Positions 46,231-56,926 of a stretch of 64,000 bases of DNA are shown one piece after another. Each line of letters starts with the position of its first letter. The stretch's first letter is position 1. The notes beneath the pieces were generated by a model. The model saw only the letters and a list, made by a program, of their open reading frames with translations, ran no database searches and was not told where the DNA came from. The translations under genes were made by a program, and so were the position numbers. The DNA is from a virus. Its lineage: Duplodnaviria > Caudoviricetes. The DNA lies in the IMG/VR virus record IMGVR_UViG_3300029288_000067, positions 128,001 through 192,000 of that record. One strand, written 5' to 3'.

Positions 46231-48189
46231 ATGTCAGAAATAAAATCCTTAAATTTCCTTCCGGAAAACCTGCAAGGTGAAGAGTTTTACACTCAACTTT
46301 GTCAGGTTGTGGATTATATTCTTGACAAGTATCACACCCAAAATATAGACATTCTTCGGGCACTTTATGACATCAAGAACTCCAATTTTGATCACGAGAG
46401 AATATTGCATCTTCTCGGGTCAGAAAATTTTGTACAATTTGATTTGTCCGAAGATCAATTTAAAATCCTTTGTATTCTTCTTTCCAACCTTTACGAAATA
46501 AAGGGAACAAAAAAAGGATTAAGATATCTTCTCCATTTGTTGAATCTCGATGCAAATGTTTATGAGTGGTATGATATCAATAAAGCACATTCGGCGGGGG
46601 ATCCTCTTTGGCCGGAGGAAGTTCCTCGATGTTCTATTGTTTTGGAATTGGTGACCGGGACACCATTTGGTATTTGTGACCAATTTTCAAAATGGGCTAT
46701 TCCAAAAACAGGAGCCCCGGAAGAAGAATTACTTCCTCCCGGAAAAGCTTTCGAAGATGTAGAAGGTAAATTTGCAGAATTTGCAAGCAAACTACTCTGG
46801 GTTTGTGTTAAATTGCATGAAATCCGATGGATGATTCGATTTGAAGAGTATGTTACCACAACATCACAACTTACATACTCGGATGAATATGTTTTCTACT
46901 CTAAGTACTCCCCATATGTCACAAATTGTGGATATGATTCATTGCAGATTGGATTTCCGGTTTTCAACAATTTCCCAACAATTGGAACGGCAGGAGTAAA
47001 AATTGGGGATTATCAATATTTAAGTCAACCCCTCACAATAAGAACTAATCAGGAATACACTCAGCCCATAAATTATGATGGATGGGAAAACACAGGCTTT
47101 ATTGGACAAAGCACAGAAGAAATTTCTGTTCCGATAATTGGAAATGCATCGCTTGAGATTGGAAAAAACTTCTACTGGAATCCTCTCAATAGCTACCCTG
47201 TTTGGTATAAAATTGGGGAATCAAGAACCACGGGAAGCATCTCGGAAGGAACAAAACTAATCTCGGGTTGTGCCCCTTCAAAAATTGAAAGTGTATTGAG
47301 TGATATTGACTTTTCAACACAATATGCAATCAAACATGGAATTGTCATTGATCCTGAGAGATCTATCGGGGCAGGATATATCATTGGTGAAGATCCTGGG
47401 GATATCTTAATTCATGTTGATACACTCTCTTTGGAAGATGTTCAATACACCTCTGAAACAAATTTGCAATATGTGGAATCCGAATTGTATTCCAATATTT
47501 CAGATTTATACACTCACTGGAAAATTGGGGATGCTCAATTGCTTGTTGGTGATGTGAACATTCGCATTGGAATTGATTATTTTGTTGAAGATTTGCAGAT
47601 TTATGAATCTGATACATTACAAGAGACTTTTTATACCTCTTGCCGACAAATTGGGAATTGGGGTTATGCAGGATCTGGTTCTATTGGAATTCCTTCAGTA
47701 ATTGGTACTTCTGTTGTTATTGGTGGTCCATATACTCTTGGTGTTGGGCAAGTTATTGGGGCAGGCTACAATTATATTGGGGATTGTGCTCCATACGACG
47801 CTCAAAACATTGCACAAAATCAAAACTTAATTGTGGATCATCTTGTTGAAATCCTCCCCGTGCATGAAATTGAAGAAAATGTTGCAATAGTAGAAAATAC
47901 TGAAGCAATTTCCCAGTATGATGCTTCCGAGTCTTTCTTGATGAATACTTTCCAATATCTTATTGGAGCGGGGTGGTATATTGGTACTTCTGGGGCAACA
48001 ATTGGAAATACAGATCCACCTCAATTATTGTTGATTGAAACCGGGGAAGTCTTTTTATCAAATCCTGAAGACGGTGTAAATCCCGCATATTTTACGTTGA
48101 ATGAGACTGGAACATATGAATATGATCCACTCATGAACCCTTACAATATTATTTCCTCTACATTTAATTTCACAATAGAAGAGGATTAA
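46231..48189 (+). CDS. baseplate wedge protein (P2 gpI / T4 gp7-like) with IG-repeat extension
   Basis: FLPENL..LYEIKGTKKGLRYLL..VYEWY N-domain; numerous IG dipeptide repeats. Confidence 0.65.
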   Translation: MSEIKSLNFLPENLQGEEFYTQLCQVVDYILDKYHTQNIDILRALYDIKNSNFDHERILHLLGSENFVQFDLSEDQFKILCILLSNLYEIKGTKKGLRYLLHLLNLDANVYEWYDINKAHSAGDPLWPEEVPRCSIVLELVTGTPFGICDQFSKWAIPKTGAPEEELLPPGKAFEDVEGKFAEFASKLLWVCVKLHEIRWMIRFEEYVTTTSQLTYSDEYVFYSKYSPYVTNCGYDSLQIGFPVFNNFPTIGTAGVKIGDYQYLSQPLTIRTNQEYTQPINYDGWENTGFIGQSTEEISVPIIGNASLEIGKNFYWNPLNSYPVWYKIGESRTTGSISEGTKLISGCAPSKIESVLSDIDFSTQYAIKHGIVIDPERSIGAGYIIGEDPGDILIHVDTLSLEDVQYTSETNLQYVESELYSNISDLYTHWKIGDAQLLVGDVNIRIGIDYFVEDLQIYESDTLQETFYTSCRQIGNWGYAGSGSIGIPSVIGTSVVIGGPYTLGVGQVIGAGYNYIGDCAPYDAQNIAQNQNLIVDHLVEILPVHEIEENVAIVENTEAISQYDASESFLMNTFQYLIGAGWYIGTSGATIGNTDPPQLLLIETGEVFLSNPEDGVNPAYFTLNETGTYEYDPLMNPYNIISSTFNFTIEED

Positions 48190-48289
48190 AAATCTTTCGG
48201 ATACTTTTTTAAAATCCCTTCGAAAGAACTTTTAATTTATTGATATCTTACAATCTATGTAGATTGCTATTTTTTTGAAGGGGTAACAT

Positions 48290-48847
48290 ATGAGTTCCAA
48301 TAACCTCAGAGACAAAGTAAGTTCTCGAAATGACCTTACCTTGTCGGAAGTTCACTCTATTGACGATAAAATCTTGGTTCGAGGCTCTGTAAAATGTTTT
48401 GTGGAAGAAAATGGGGTTGTTACACTTCACCACGAAAAACACAATTTAATTGTTAATGGGGCAAGAAAAGCTCTTGCACATCTTATCGGGGAAGCTCTTA
48501 CTGCTTACCGAGTGGATATGTTTAAATTGGGTACTGGTGGACATTTACCCGGGGATATTTTAACCCCGGTATCTCCAACCATTACGGATACGGACTTAGA
48601 AGAACCATTTTTCTCCAAAGCATTAGATCATGGTTCCGATGTATACAATCCTGCTTCTCCAAATGAAACCTCTATTACTTTTACTGTTGCTATTGAAAAG
48701 TATGAAGGAAATGGAACAGGTATTGTTCCTTATACCGAAGCGGGATTGGTAACACAAAATGGAACACTTTTCGCCCGAGAAACTTTTCCGGCAATTGTTA
48801 AAAACTCTTCCAGAAAAGTTACTTTTCAATGGTCCATTTTGTTCTAA
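48290..48847 (+). CDS. tail fibre attachment protein (gpH N-terminal-like)
   Basis: HNLIVNGARKALA..LGTG..TEAGL..LFARETFPAIVK..FQWSILF. Confidence 0.7.
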   Translation: MSSNNLRDKVSSRNDLTLSEVHSIDDKILVRGSVKCFVEENGVVTLHHEKHNLIVNGARKALAHLIGEALTAYRVDMFKLGTGGHLPGDILTPVSPTITDTDLEEPFFSKALDHGSDVYNPASPNETSITFTVAIEKYEGNGTGIVPYTEAGLVTQNGTLFARETFPAIVKNSSRKVTFQWSILF

Positions 48848-48905
48848 GCACTCTTAAGTAAGTGATAAATCTCAATTTTTGAGGAAACAATAAAAGGAGT
48901 CTCGA

Positions 48906-51900
48906 ATGCCTACAAATCTTCCTTTCGAAAATATTACTTGGTTGCAAAACGGAGAGCCCATTTCTGGTGGGGTTTCTGGAAATAGCGACGGAGTTCTTAA
49001 CAGACCTCTTGTACAGTTGCACGACAATGTGGATGAAGTAAGAGATAATCTCGATGCAACCACAGCAGAAGTTGTTGCCGCAAGAGACGGTGAAGCTACT
49101 TTGTTGAACAAAATCAACTCTTTGGAAGATTTGATTAATGCTCTCGGGGTTTCTGCAACAGCAATGAATTCGGAATCTGTTGCAAAAATTAACAGAGATA
49201 AATTTCCTTCTGGTTTCAATATTGATGTTCTCAAAGAATCTCTTGAACTTCAGGAAGTAAATGCAGCTTCCATTATGGGTTCTGGAACCAATATTCCTCG
49301 TAACCTTATCACTTCTGGTCTAGGGTTTCCCCGCATTGCTGGTATCTCCACTGCGGATTCCAACAAAGCTTATTACATGGGTTCTCCGAAGCCTCTTTAT
49401 GCTCACGGTCACCCCATTAAATTAGAAGCTCGACCGGAATACGGTGCTTCTCTTGTTATTGCTCACCCCACCGCTCCTTCTACGGGAACTCGCCAAGAAA
49501 TGGCTTTTGTAGAAATCTGGAAAGAAGAAATCAAACTTGGTGTTGCGGATTCTGTTGCTTTCCCTTACGGCAATGTGAATTTCGAAAACACAAAAACGGG
49601 AACTTATGACACCTGCACACTCCTCAACACAAATGCAAGTGGTGGAAATTATCCTGCTTATCTTGCTGCTTCTGGAACTCATGGCTTTTATGTAAAAACG
49701 GACGATGCAAATTTCCTTGAATTTGCTAAAAACCCTGAAAACAACATCATCATCGATGGAGATAAGATTTATCAGTTGCTTTTCCGTGTTCGTGTTGTCA
49801 CCGCAGCTCCTACTTCACGTCATCCCTGGATGGATACTACCATCAAAGCTCAAGGTAAATTGGCTTCTGCTTCCGCTATTGCCTTCAATCCAAATGCTGA
49901 TGATGTAGGGGAATCTTTTGCTTCTGATGCTTCTCTTGCATCCGATGGAAAAGTATACGCTTATCCTCTTTACATTGCTCATCGCCGCAACTCAACTGTT
50001 TGGTCTTATGCGAACCCCAACGGTGCCGGTTCTATTTCCTCTGGGGTGTCTGGAAGACCTGATGGAAAATTCTACGATCAGATTAGCATCGATGATGTTC
50101 TTGATCTTCGCTGCCACATCTCTTTGAACAATCAACACGATGTCAAAGATATCTACGAAAGAACTCTCAACAAGATTCTCTCTTGCAACCTGAAGACCTC
50201 TTGGGAGGGTTTGAATTCTGATTCTGATGGCAATGAAACATACAAAGCTCTCGATATTCACGCCACCAAATTACTCCGTGCAGAAGGTGTTTGTGGAACA
50301 GATACTTTCGATGCTTCCGATGAAGTTATCTGGGCAAAGAAAGCCTCCAATGGAATCTCTGCGGAATTCGATGGTTTCCGCAGTTATTTCTCTGATATCG
50401 GTGGAGATCAAACTGTTACTGGTTTGATTTCAAATGCAGGAGTTGACGGAGTTAATCCTACCAATATCTTCACTTATGTTGCTTCCTCTCGCACTTTGAC
50501 AATTGATGCAACAGATTTGAAGTCCAATGCAGGATTGGCTCAGACTGCTCGTACCAAAGTCTCTATTCGCAGACCTCATCTTGTTTGGTCAGCGAAAAGA
50601 TCCGGTGCTGCATCCACTGAAAATGCTCCTATGGTCGCGGGAACTTGGTCCGGTTTGGGTGGAGATTCAGCCAGTTTTGTTGCAGATAACACTTCTACTG
50701 TTTCTATTGGCGATACTTGGGATCTTTCGACTTTAGTGGTGGGTGCTGTTTATACATCCCCCAACGGGGTTTCTTGCACTGCCTTAGAAAGACAAGCCCA
50801 AAACACAGCTTATTTTGCAGATTTTTCATTTTCAGGATCTACGGTCCCGACTGTTCTAGGTACGTGGACCAAAGTTTCTGGAACTGGTCCTTCCACATTT
50901 GTTGGAACGGGTACTGCGTCTTTAACACTGGGCTACTATCGCAATTTAAATAACACTCTTATTTACATCGGCGAAGGTGCAAACCTCCACTCCGGTCACG
51001 GCATCCATGTAAATGCCTACTTCACATTCCAGTCCGGTTCTGGTTTTATTGCCCGTGTTCCTTACCAGAATGAACAGTCTATCAAAGCTACTCATTACAA
51101 GGTGCAGGTTGGTGGGGTTCCTACGAATATTCTCCCCAACAATGGTGTTGGTTTCATTCCATTTGGTAACACGGTTGATCCGGTGAATGATGGTAATGTG
51201 GCTCAGGACACGCACACAAAATCAACCTCGATGATGGGTTTTGTTTACAAAGATCCAGTTATGGGCAAGAGCAATCCCAAAGTTCCCGATTTTGTGGGAG
51301 CGAGAGAAGGTGCTTTTCTCAAATTCGGGACTAATGATTATCGTGGATGGTACGGTGCATATGATGGGGATAAATACATTTTGGTTTATGCAACCTCCAC
51401 AGATGGTATTTCCTGGACAAAGGATTACAACAAAACTCTTTCCGGAGGTAAGATGGCTGATGGATTGGATGCTCTTGAAATCTCCTCCCCCTGTGTGTTA
51501 CTCGATGGTTCAACATACAAGATGTGGGCTACCATCGTGGACTCTTCTTCTATCTATCACATCGCCTATCTTGAATCCACGGATTTTATTAACTGGTCAA
51601 TTCCTATTCTTTCTCTCACCGGGGGAAATCTGGCACCTTATGATTCTTACATGTGTGACAGACCTTCAGTAATCAAAGATGGAGATTTGTTCAAAGTCCT
51701 TTATGCAGTTCTTGATTCAGGTAATGGTAGTTATCGAACTATGTATGCAGAATCAACCAATGGTGTCTCTTGGACAAATTTTAGAATCGCCTTTGATATC
51801 ACTGCCGGGGGAGCATATTCAACAAAGCATCTTTATAACCCCTGTTGGATGAAAGATGGTTTAACTTACAAAGCGTGGTTGTCTGCATATGATAGCACCA

Positions 51901-53669
51901 ATGTCCGTATTTTGTACTCCACATCATCAGACACGATTACTTGGACTACCCCTGTTCTTGTTATTGATAAAGGCTTAATTAGTGCCGCTGTTGATGGAAC
52001 ATATGCATATAAGCCTTGTGTAATTCTTGATGGATCTACCTACAAAATTTGGTATTCTGTATCTGGGACTCAAGCTGTTGCAAGAACAGCTTACTCTACC
52101 TCCTCGAATGGTACCACATGGTTAACTCCCATTATTTCGATTAATATAGGTGGAGAGGTCAATGGGTATCAGGGTGGATCCTCTTATACTCCATCAGTTA
52201 TTAACGACGCGGGAACATACAAGATGTGGTTTACCGGGTATGGTACTGATAACAAAGGGAGAATCTTGTATTCAACATCTTCTGACTGTATCACATGGTC
52301 TACTCCTGTTCTTGCTTTGAATGCGGGAAATGAACCTAATGGTTACGACAGTCAACGTGCTGAAGCCCCCTCTGTTATCAAAGATGGACTCACATATAAA
52401 ATGTGGTATTCCGGTTATAACAACAGCAATACAAGAACTTTGTATACCACGTCTTCAGATGGTATCACATGGGCAACTCCAGTTCTTGTTATGAACATTG
52501 GAACCGAACCTAACGGGTACAATACACACAACAACTTCTCGCAGACTGTTATCAAAGATGGCTCCACATATAAATTGTGGTTTGCTGGTGCTAATGCATC
52601 GGTATATCGAATTCTGTATTCTACCTCTTCAGATGGTTTAACATGGTCAACTCCTGTTCTGGCCTTGAATGCAGGAATTGATCCCCATGGCTATACAGCA
52701 ACGTATTCATATCTTCCCCATGTAATTAAGGATGGCTCAGTATATCGAATGTGGGTTGTTGGTGTGGCTAATTCTCGCACCCGAATTCTTCAATCAATCT
52801 CCTTGGACGGGATTAACTGGTCTTCAACAAGTTTGGTTGTAGACTTTAGTTCTCTTCTTGGATTTTCTCCTGCCCAAACGTATACCCCATTTGTTATTAA
52901 AGACGGAGTTTCCTATAGAATGTGGTTCTCTATGAGCATTGGCGGGTATTCTAAAACATTCTATGCAACCCTTGCCCTCACGGATGCCTCCAATGTAGGT
53001 TCTTCTACGACAGGGGTTTACACAACACCCGGCCCGATCAACTGCTGTCCTCCCGCAGATTCTCAGGTTGTTATGTTTTACGAGGCGAATGCAGAACAAT
53101 ATCCACATTCTGAAGTGTCTGGAAAATCCTTTAAGGTTTATCCCGCTCTTGATATTGATAAACTTTATGTTACCAATTACAGCACAAGTGCGTCGGTGGA
53201 TTCTACAGTTACTCAAAGAGACGTGTATGCCACATTGTTTCCTGCATATTCTGCAATTCTTCCGTATTCTGTTAAATCTTACCTGTCTCTCAACTTAGGA
53301 AATTGGGCATATGGTGATGCAATTGTTACAGGGTCTGCACCAGAAGATTACAATACCAGATTTACACATGTCCCGCTTGTTTCTGGAAATACTTCTTCTT
53401 TGATAGATCCAAAGACAATCTCAGTTTCCTCAACAGTCTATTCATATAGTGCTGGAACGGCATCTGTGCCTGTTTTGGAATATTATCTCACAAATAACCG
53501 GTTTGTAACTCTTGCTAAGTATGAACAAGAACATCTTCTTTTGGGTTTCTGGTTACAAAGATGGAATAATTCATACGTGGTAGCATTTCAGACCGGAATG
53601 ACAGGTAATCGAGGGGCCACAACTCATATTAAACCTCTCCTTCCTCTCGGTCGTCCTATCGTGAAGTAA
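48906..53669 (+). CDS. large tail fibre/spike with glycoside-hydrolase-like beta-propeller repeats
   Basis: N-terminal GVLNRPL baseplate-anchor motif; about ten PxVIKDGxxYKMW..RILYSTSxDGxxW repeats. Confidence 0.75.
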   Translation: MPTNLPFENITWLQNGEPISGGVSGNSDGVLNRPLVQLHDNVDEVRDNLDATTAEVVAARDGEATLLNKINSLEDLINALGVSATAMNSESVAKINRDKFPSGFNIDVLKESLELQEVNAASIMGSGTNIPRNLITSGLGFPRIAGISTADSNKAYYMGSPKPLYAHGHPIKLEARPEYGASLVIAHPTAPSTGTRQEMAFVEIWKEEIKLGVADSVAFPYGNVNFENTKTGTYDTCTLLNTNASGGNYPAYLAASGTHGFYVKTDDANFLEFAKNPENNIIIDGDKIYQLLFRVRVVTAAPTSRHPWMDTTIKAQGKLASASAIAFNPNADDVGESFASDASLASDGKVYAYPLYIAHRRNSTVWSYANPNGAGSISSGVSGRPDGKFYDQISIDDVLDLRCHISLNNQHDVKDIYERTLNKILSCNLKTSWEGLNSDSDGNETYKALDIHATKLLRAEGVCGTDTFDASDEVIWAKKASNGISAEFDGFRSYFSDIGGDQTVTGLISNAGVDGVNPTNIFTYVASSRTLTIDATDLKSNAGLAQTARTKVSIRRPHLVWSAKRSGAASTENAPMVAGTWSGLGGDSASFVADNTSTVSIGDTWDLSTLVVGAVYTSPNGVSCTALERQAQNTAYFADFSFSGSTVPTVLGTWTKVSGTGPSTFVGTGTASLTLGYYRNLNNTLIYIGEGANLHSGHGIHVNAYFTFQSGSGFIARVPYQNEQSIKATHYKVQVGGVPTNILPNNGVGFIPFGNTVDPVNDGNVAQDTHTKSTSMMGFVYKDPVMGKSNPKVPDFVGAREGAFLKFGTNDYRGWYGAYDGDKYILVYATSTDGISWTKDYNKTLSGGKMADGLDALEISSPCVLLDGSTYKMWATIVDSSSIYHIAYLESTDFINWSIPILSLTGGNLAPYDSYMCDRPSVIKDGDLFKVLYAVLDSGNGSYRTMYAESTNGVSWTNFRIAFDITAGGAYSTKHLYNPCWMKDGLTYKAWLSAYDSTNVRILYSTSSDTITWTTPVLVIDKGLISAAVDGTYAYKPCVILDGSTYKIWYSVSGTQAVARTAYSTSSNGTTWLTPIISINIGGEVNGYQGGSSYTPSVINDAGTYKMWFTGYGTDNKGRILYSTSSDCITWSTPVLALNAGNEPNGYDSQRAEAPSVIKDGLTYKMWYSGYNNSNTRTLYTTSSDGITWATPVLVMNIGTEPNGYNTHNNFSQTVIKDGSTYKLWFAGANASVYRILYSTSSDGLTWSTPVLALNAGIDPHGYTATYSYLPHVIKDGSVYRMWVVGVANSRTRILQSISLDGINWSSTSLVVDFSSLLGFSPAQTYTPFVIKDGVSYRMWFSMSIGGYSKTFYATLALTDASNVGSSTTGVYTTPGPINCCPPADSQVVMFYEANAEQYPHSEVSGKSFKVYPALDIDKLYVTNYSTSASVDSTVTQRDVYATLFPAYSAILPYSVKSYLSLNLGNWAYGDAIVTGSAPEDYNTRFTHVPLVSGNTSSLIDPKTISVSSTVYSYSAGTASVPVLEYYLTNNRFVTLAKYEQEHLLLGFWLQRWNNSYVVAFQTGMTGNRGATTHIKPLLPLGRPIVK

Positions 53670-53682
53670 AAGTAACAGACTT

Positions 53683-53712
53683 CCCTCGGGTAGCTTAAAA
53701 ACTACCCGAGGG
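53683..53712 (+). terminator. hairpin after tail fibre gene
   Basis: CCCTCGGGTAG/CTACCCGAGGG stem; weak U-tail. Confidence 0.5.
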
Positions 53713-53763
53713 TTGACCTTTCTGGTTGTGCCAGAAGGACAAGTTAAAGTTTAGGAGTTTTGT

Positions 53764-54744
53764 ATGGGTACAGTTCAAGGTTACAGTGATGTTATCTCCC
53801 GGGGTAATTTGGCAACAAATGGTACTTTTCAGATCAACCAAAGAGGAACTTTCTCTAGTTGGACTGCTGCAAAATCACAAGATTATATCTCAGATGCTTG
53901 GTATTTCAGTTCGATTGGGGTTGATTTTCTCGAAGCTTACAATGTAGTTGGAAGCACCACAGGGGGATTTATCCAACTTCGTGGTAGAGGCAAAAAAGGA
54001 CAAGTCATTGGTATTTCTAGTAAGGATACTTCTGGTTTTGGTGGGATGGATTTAACTGCTAATGGGTGGGTAAATAATAGAGCCCCAATCACAGCTTCAG
54101 CATGGATTCTTGCAGATGTTTCTTCCGTCCCTGTTCAAATGTCTGTTCAACCTCGCTATTTGTCAACTAATTTTGCAGGTATTCATGCATACTATGCAAA
54201 AGTTAACAAAAATAAGCAAGTTGACCGGGCAGTATCTGCATTTGCCACACAACTTCGTGGTGGCTTCAACTACGCTGCCGTTATATATGTTACTCTTCTT
54301 GCAGACGGAGATTTTAATGTAATTGTTTCTGGTTTTCAGGAACTTATTGGTTCTTATAAGAACCCTCCTCAAGAAGCACCCGTTCACTACTCCGAAGATC
54401 TTGCCCGGTGCAAGAGATATTACCAAACTGCCAGTTGTTATGAGCATATTAGAGCAATGCAATATGTTGCAGATCGTGCTTATTTTACAATAACTAAACC
54501 CCTTCCTGTAGAAATGGCTGGAACGCCTTCAACATCTCTTATTGTTTCCAATGTTGCAGCATATGATGGTCTTGGCAGTTCAACATCCCTTATTTCTTCC
54601 GTAAATACGGGGACTATGTATGTTGTTGCTTCTGCGACAAGTACAACGGCCACTTTCAATGTTGATTGGAACCAAGCTACTTACGGAGCGCAGATGTATA
54701 ACTATGGACTTTATCTCAATCTCGCTTCCAAAATGACAGTATAA
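53764..54744 (+). CDS. tail fibre-associated / receptor-binding protein
   Basis: NLATNGTFQINQRG..DAW..EDLARCKRYY..VEMAGTP, typical of phage tail carbohydrate-binding modules. Confidence 0.6.
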   Translation: MGTVQGYSDVISRGNLATNGTFQINQRGTFSSWTAAKSQDYISDAWYFSSIGVDFLEAYNVVGSTTGGFIQLRGRGKKGQVIGISSKDTSGFGGMDLTANGWVNNRAPITASAWILADVSSVPVQMSVQPRYLSTNFAGIHAYYAKVNKNKQVDRAVSAFATQLRGGFNYAAVIYVTLLADGDFNVIVSGFQELIGSYKNPPQEAPVHYSEDLARCKRYYQTASCYEHIRAMQYVADRAYFTITKPLPVEMAGTPSTSLIVSNVAAYDGLGSSTSLISSVNTGTMYVVASATSTTATFNVDWNQATYGAQMYNYGLYLNLASKMTV

Positions 54745-54758
54745 GGAGCAAATAACAA

Positions 54759-55394
54759 ATGCCAAATCTTTCACAAATTATTTTCAATGGTATCACCGTT
54801 CTACCTATGCGCCCGGAATATTCTGCTCTTTCTTTCAGTTCCGCAGACGTTCCACACGGCACTGACTCTGTGTATTATAAAGCTGCAAAGATTCTGATTC
54901 AGGAACATCAACAGAATATTCCTCTTCCTGTTTTTACAGCAGAAGAAATTGCAGATAAGAAAACCGCTAAGGTTGCTGCTCTTTCCCTGTTTGTTGTTCT
55001 TGATGGAGAAGGTAATCCTACTGGAAAAACAGAATTGAAGTTGGGTTCTGAAGTTGTTGCTTCTTACACTCAAGCTCAATTCACTTCCGAAATCAAAGAA
55101 CTTCGCAGAATCTATTTGGTTGATGGAATGCCCGGGATGCAGCAGGAAGTAAAAGCCCCTGTTGACGCACAGGGCAACATCGTTCCTGAATTTGATAATT
55201 TTGGACAAGAAATTGTTCGAAATTGGAAATTCGCGGATGATGCCGCTGCTTATGCTTCTATTCTTGAAGGGCAGAAAGTAACAACAGCTTCTTTCCTTGT
55301 AGACAAAGCGATTGAACAGTGTCTTGAAGTTCCTACACTCTCTGCAGAATTCAAGGCTCTTTTCACTCTCGCGGAAGTTCCTGAAATGCAATAA
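54759..55394 (+). CDS. hypothetical (tail-associated) protein
   Basis: 211 aa, AAGGAG RBS. Confidence 0.6.
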   Translation: MPNLSQIIFNGITVLPMRPEYSALSFSSADVPHGTDSVYYKAAKILIQEHQQNIPLPVFTAEEIADKKTAKVAALSLFVVLDGEGNPTGKTELKLGSEVVASYTQAQFTSEIKELRRIYLVDGMPGMQQEVKAPVDAQGNIVPEFDNFGQEIVRNWKFADDAAAYASILEGQKVTTASFLVDKAIEQCLEVPTLSAEFKALFTLAEVPEMQ

Positions 55395-55400
55395 GATTGT

Positions 55401-55431
55401 GCCCCCTCCTGCTGTAAAAGGTAGGAGGGGC
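55401..55431 (+). terminator. intrinsic terminator
   Basis: CCCCTCCTGC/GTAGGAGGGG stem followed by TTGTATTTT. Confidence 0.6.
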
Positions 55432-55456
55432 TTGTATTTTAAAATAGGAGAAGTAT

Positions 55457-55936
55457 ATGGATGAAGTAGCAACAATGACCCAGATATTGCCAGAAATGGC
55501 AAATATGTCTTTTTGGATTTTGACAAAGATGTGGATATTCTCAAATTTTGGGACATTTTTAAGTATGATTGTTTTTTCAATTCTTGTCCCAATTTTTTCC
55601 CCAATTGTTGTGTATTTAACTATGTGGGTAAAGTCATCTTTTGATCAGAAAGTATTCAATACGGCACTTTCGAATACAAAAGAATTGGTGAAATTAACTG
55701 TTGCGGAATCCAATCAGAAGTTCATCACAAAATATCCTGGGGCAAATAATGTTCCTCAAGACGTAAAAGAAAAAGCATTTAAAACCGCTTTTGATAAGAT
55801 TATGGTTTTTATGCCTTCTTTGGACAAGCAAGTTATTTTGGCGAGACACAGTGATTTGAATTCGTTCATCACTTCCTTGATTGAAGCAGAGGTTTTATTG
55901 CAAGCCCAATTTACGGATTTCGATAAAGTTTCTTAA
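55457..55936 (+). CDS. putative holin (LL-H-like)
   Basis: N-terminal TM region; VAESNQKF..KEKAF..ITSLIEAEV pattern. Confidence 0.55.
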   Translation: MDEVATMTQILPEMANMSFWILTKMWIFSNFGTFLSMIVFSILVPIFSPIVVYLTMWVKSSFDQKVFNTALSNTKELVKLTVAESNQKFITKYPGANNVPQDVKEKAFKTAFDKIMVFMPSLDKQVILARHSDLNSFITSLIEAEVLLQAQFTDFDKVS

Positions 55937-55943
55937 TAACGGC

Positions 55944-55983
55944 ATAAAACCACCGAGATAAACAATATTCTCGGTGGTTTTAT
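55944..55983. terminator. bidirectional-type terminator
   Basis: ATAAAACCACCGAGA/TCTCGGTGGTTTTAT inverted repeat. Confidence 0.6.
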
Positions 55984-56028
55984 CTTCCTATTAATTCTCT
56001 CTTTTTGTAGAAAGGGAGAATTTTCAAA

Positions 56029-56514
56029 ATGTCTATTTTCAAGAATTTAACGCAGTTGGCAGAAGCACTAGAGATAAATCCACAGGATTTGTTTATGATT
56101 GTGCAATCTGCAACAAACCTTTCGAAGAAAATAACATTTGAAACAATTTCACAGGCATTGACGATTGATGTTACTTCCACGGATGTAGATAATTTATCCA
56201 CAGTTTCTGGGGCAACTGTAACAGAGGCTTTGAATAATATTCAAGCAGGAATCACAATGCCTGCAGAAATGGTGGATATTCAACATCGATTTTCTGAATT
56301 TTCCGCATACACAATCAATAGAGACCCAGATGGTTTTGTTGGTTCTATTGTTGCTCCATTATTCGGGGGAGTTGATAAAACATGGTCTTTTACGAGAGAC
56401 ATTAATGGAATGGTTCAGACAATTAATATTCACAAATCGGATAACTCTTACGACAAGACATATACATTTAATAGGACCACTGATGGTTTTGTTACAAGTG
56501 TTGTTATTTCCTAA
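56029..56514 (+). CDS. virion structural protein with YD-like beta repeats
   Basis: NRDPDGFV / TRDINGMV / NRTTDGFV repeats. Confidence 0.5.
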   Translation: MSIFKNLTQLAEALEINPQDLFMIVQSATNLSKKITFETISQALTIDVTSTDVDNLSTVSGATVTEALNNIQAGITMPAEMVDIQHRFSEFSAYTINRDPDGFVGSIVAPLFGGVDKTWSFTRDINGMVQTINIHKSDNSYDKTYTFNRTTDGFVTSVVIS

Positions 56515-56538
56515 TTATTTTACGAGGAAAAAGAAAAA

Positions 56539-56913
56539 ATGTGGAATATTAACTTAGAGCCAACAATCGGGAAGAAGATGGTTGGATCTTCCCGGGGAAG
56601 TGTTACGAATGTGGATACTTCTGGGGCGGTTGTTTTACTTCCAATCACAAAATTGGCAGAAATATCTCAAATGGCAATAAAACATTTGGGGGGTGGTTCT
56701 TTTTCTATTGAGATTTATGATAATTCCATTTTATCCAACAATGTTTTTAAAGCGGAGTCCGATGCTTTGGGGGATAGATGGGATCTTTCTAAAATGCAAT
56801 TTAGATATGAGAATATGGATACTCCTAAACAAAATTTTATTTATATAAAAGTGATTCCAACATCGGGAAGTGGTCATGAGTTCTTAGTTTCTTTTTTTTA
56901 CGATAAACTTTAA
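56539..56913 (+). CDS. structural protein, paralog of the C-terminal domain of 56927..59146
   Basis: FSIEIYD..YENMDTP..IYIKV vs FKVEIFE..FRNKDNTP..VYIKI. Confidence 0.55.
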   Translation: MWNINLEPTIGKKMVGSSRGSVTNVDTSGAVVLLPITKLAEISQMAIKHLGGGSFSIEIYDNSILSNNVFKAESDALGDRWDLSKMQFRYENMDTPKQNFIYIKVIPTSGSGHEFLVSFFYDKL

Positions 56914-56926
56914 TTAGGAGTATAGT

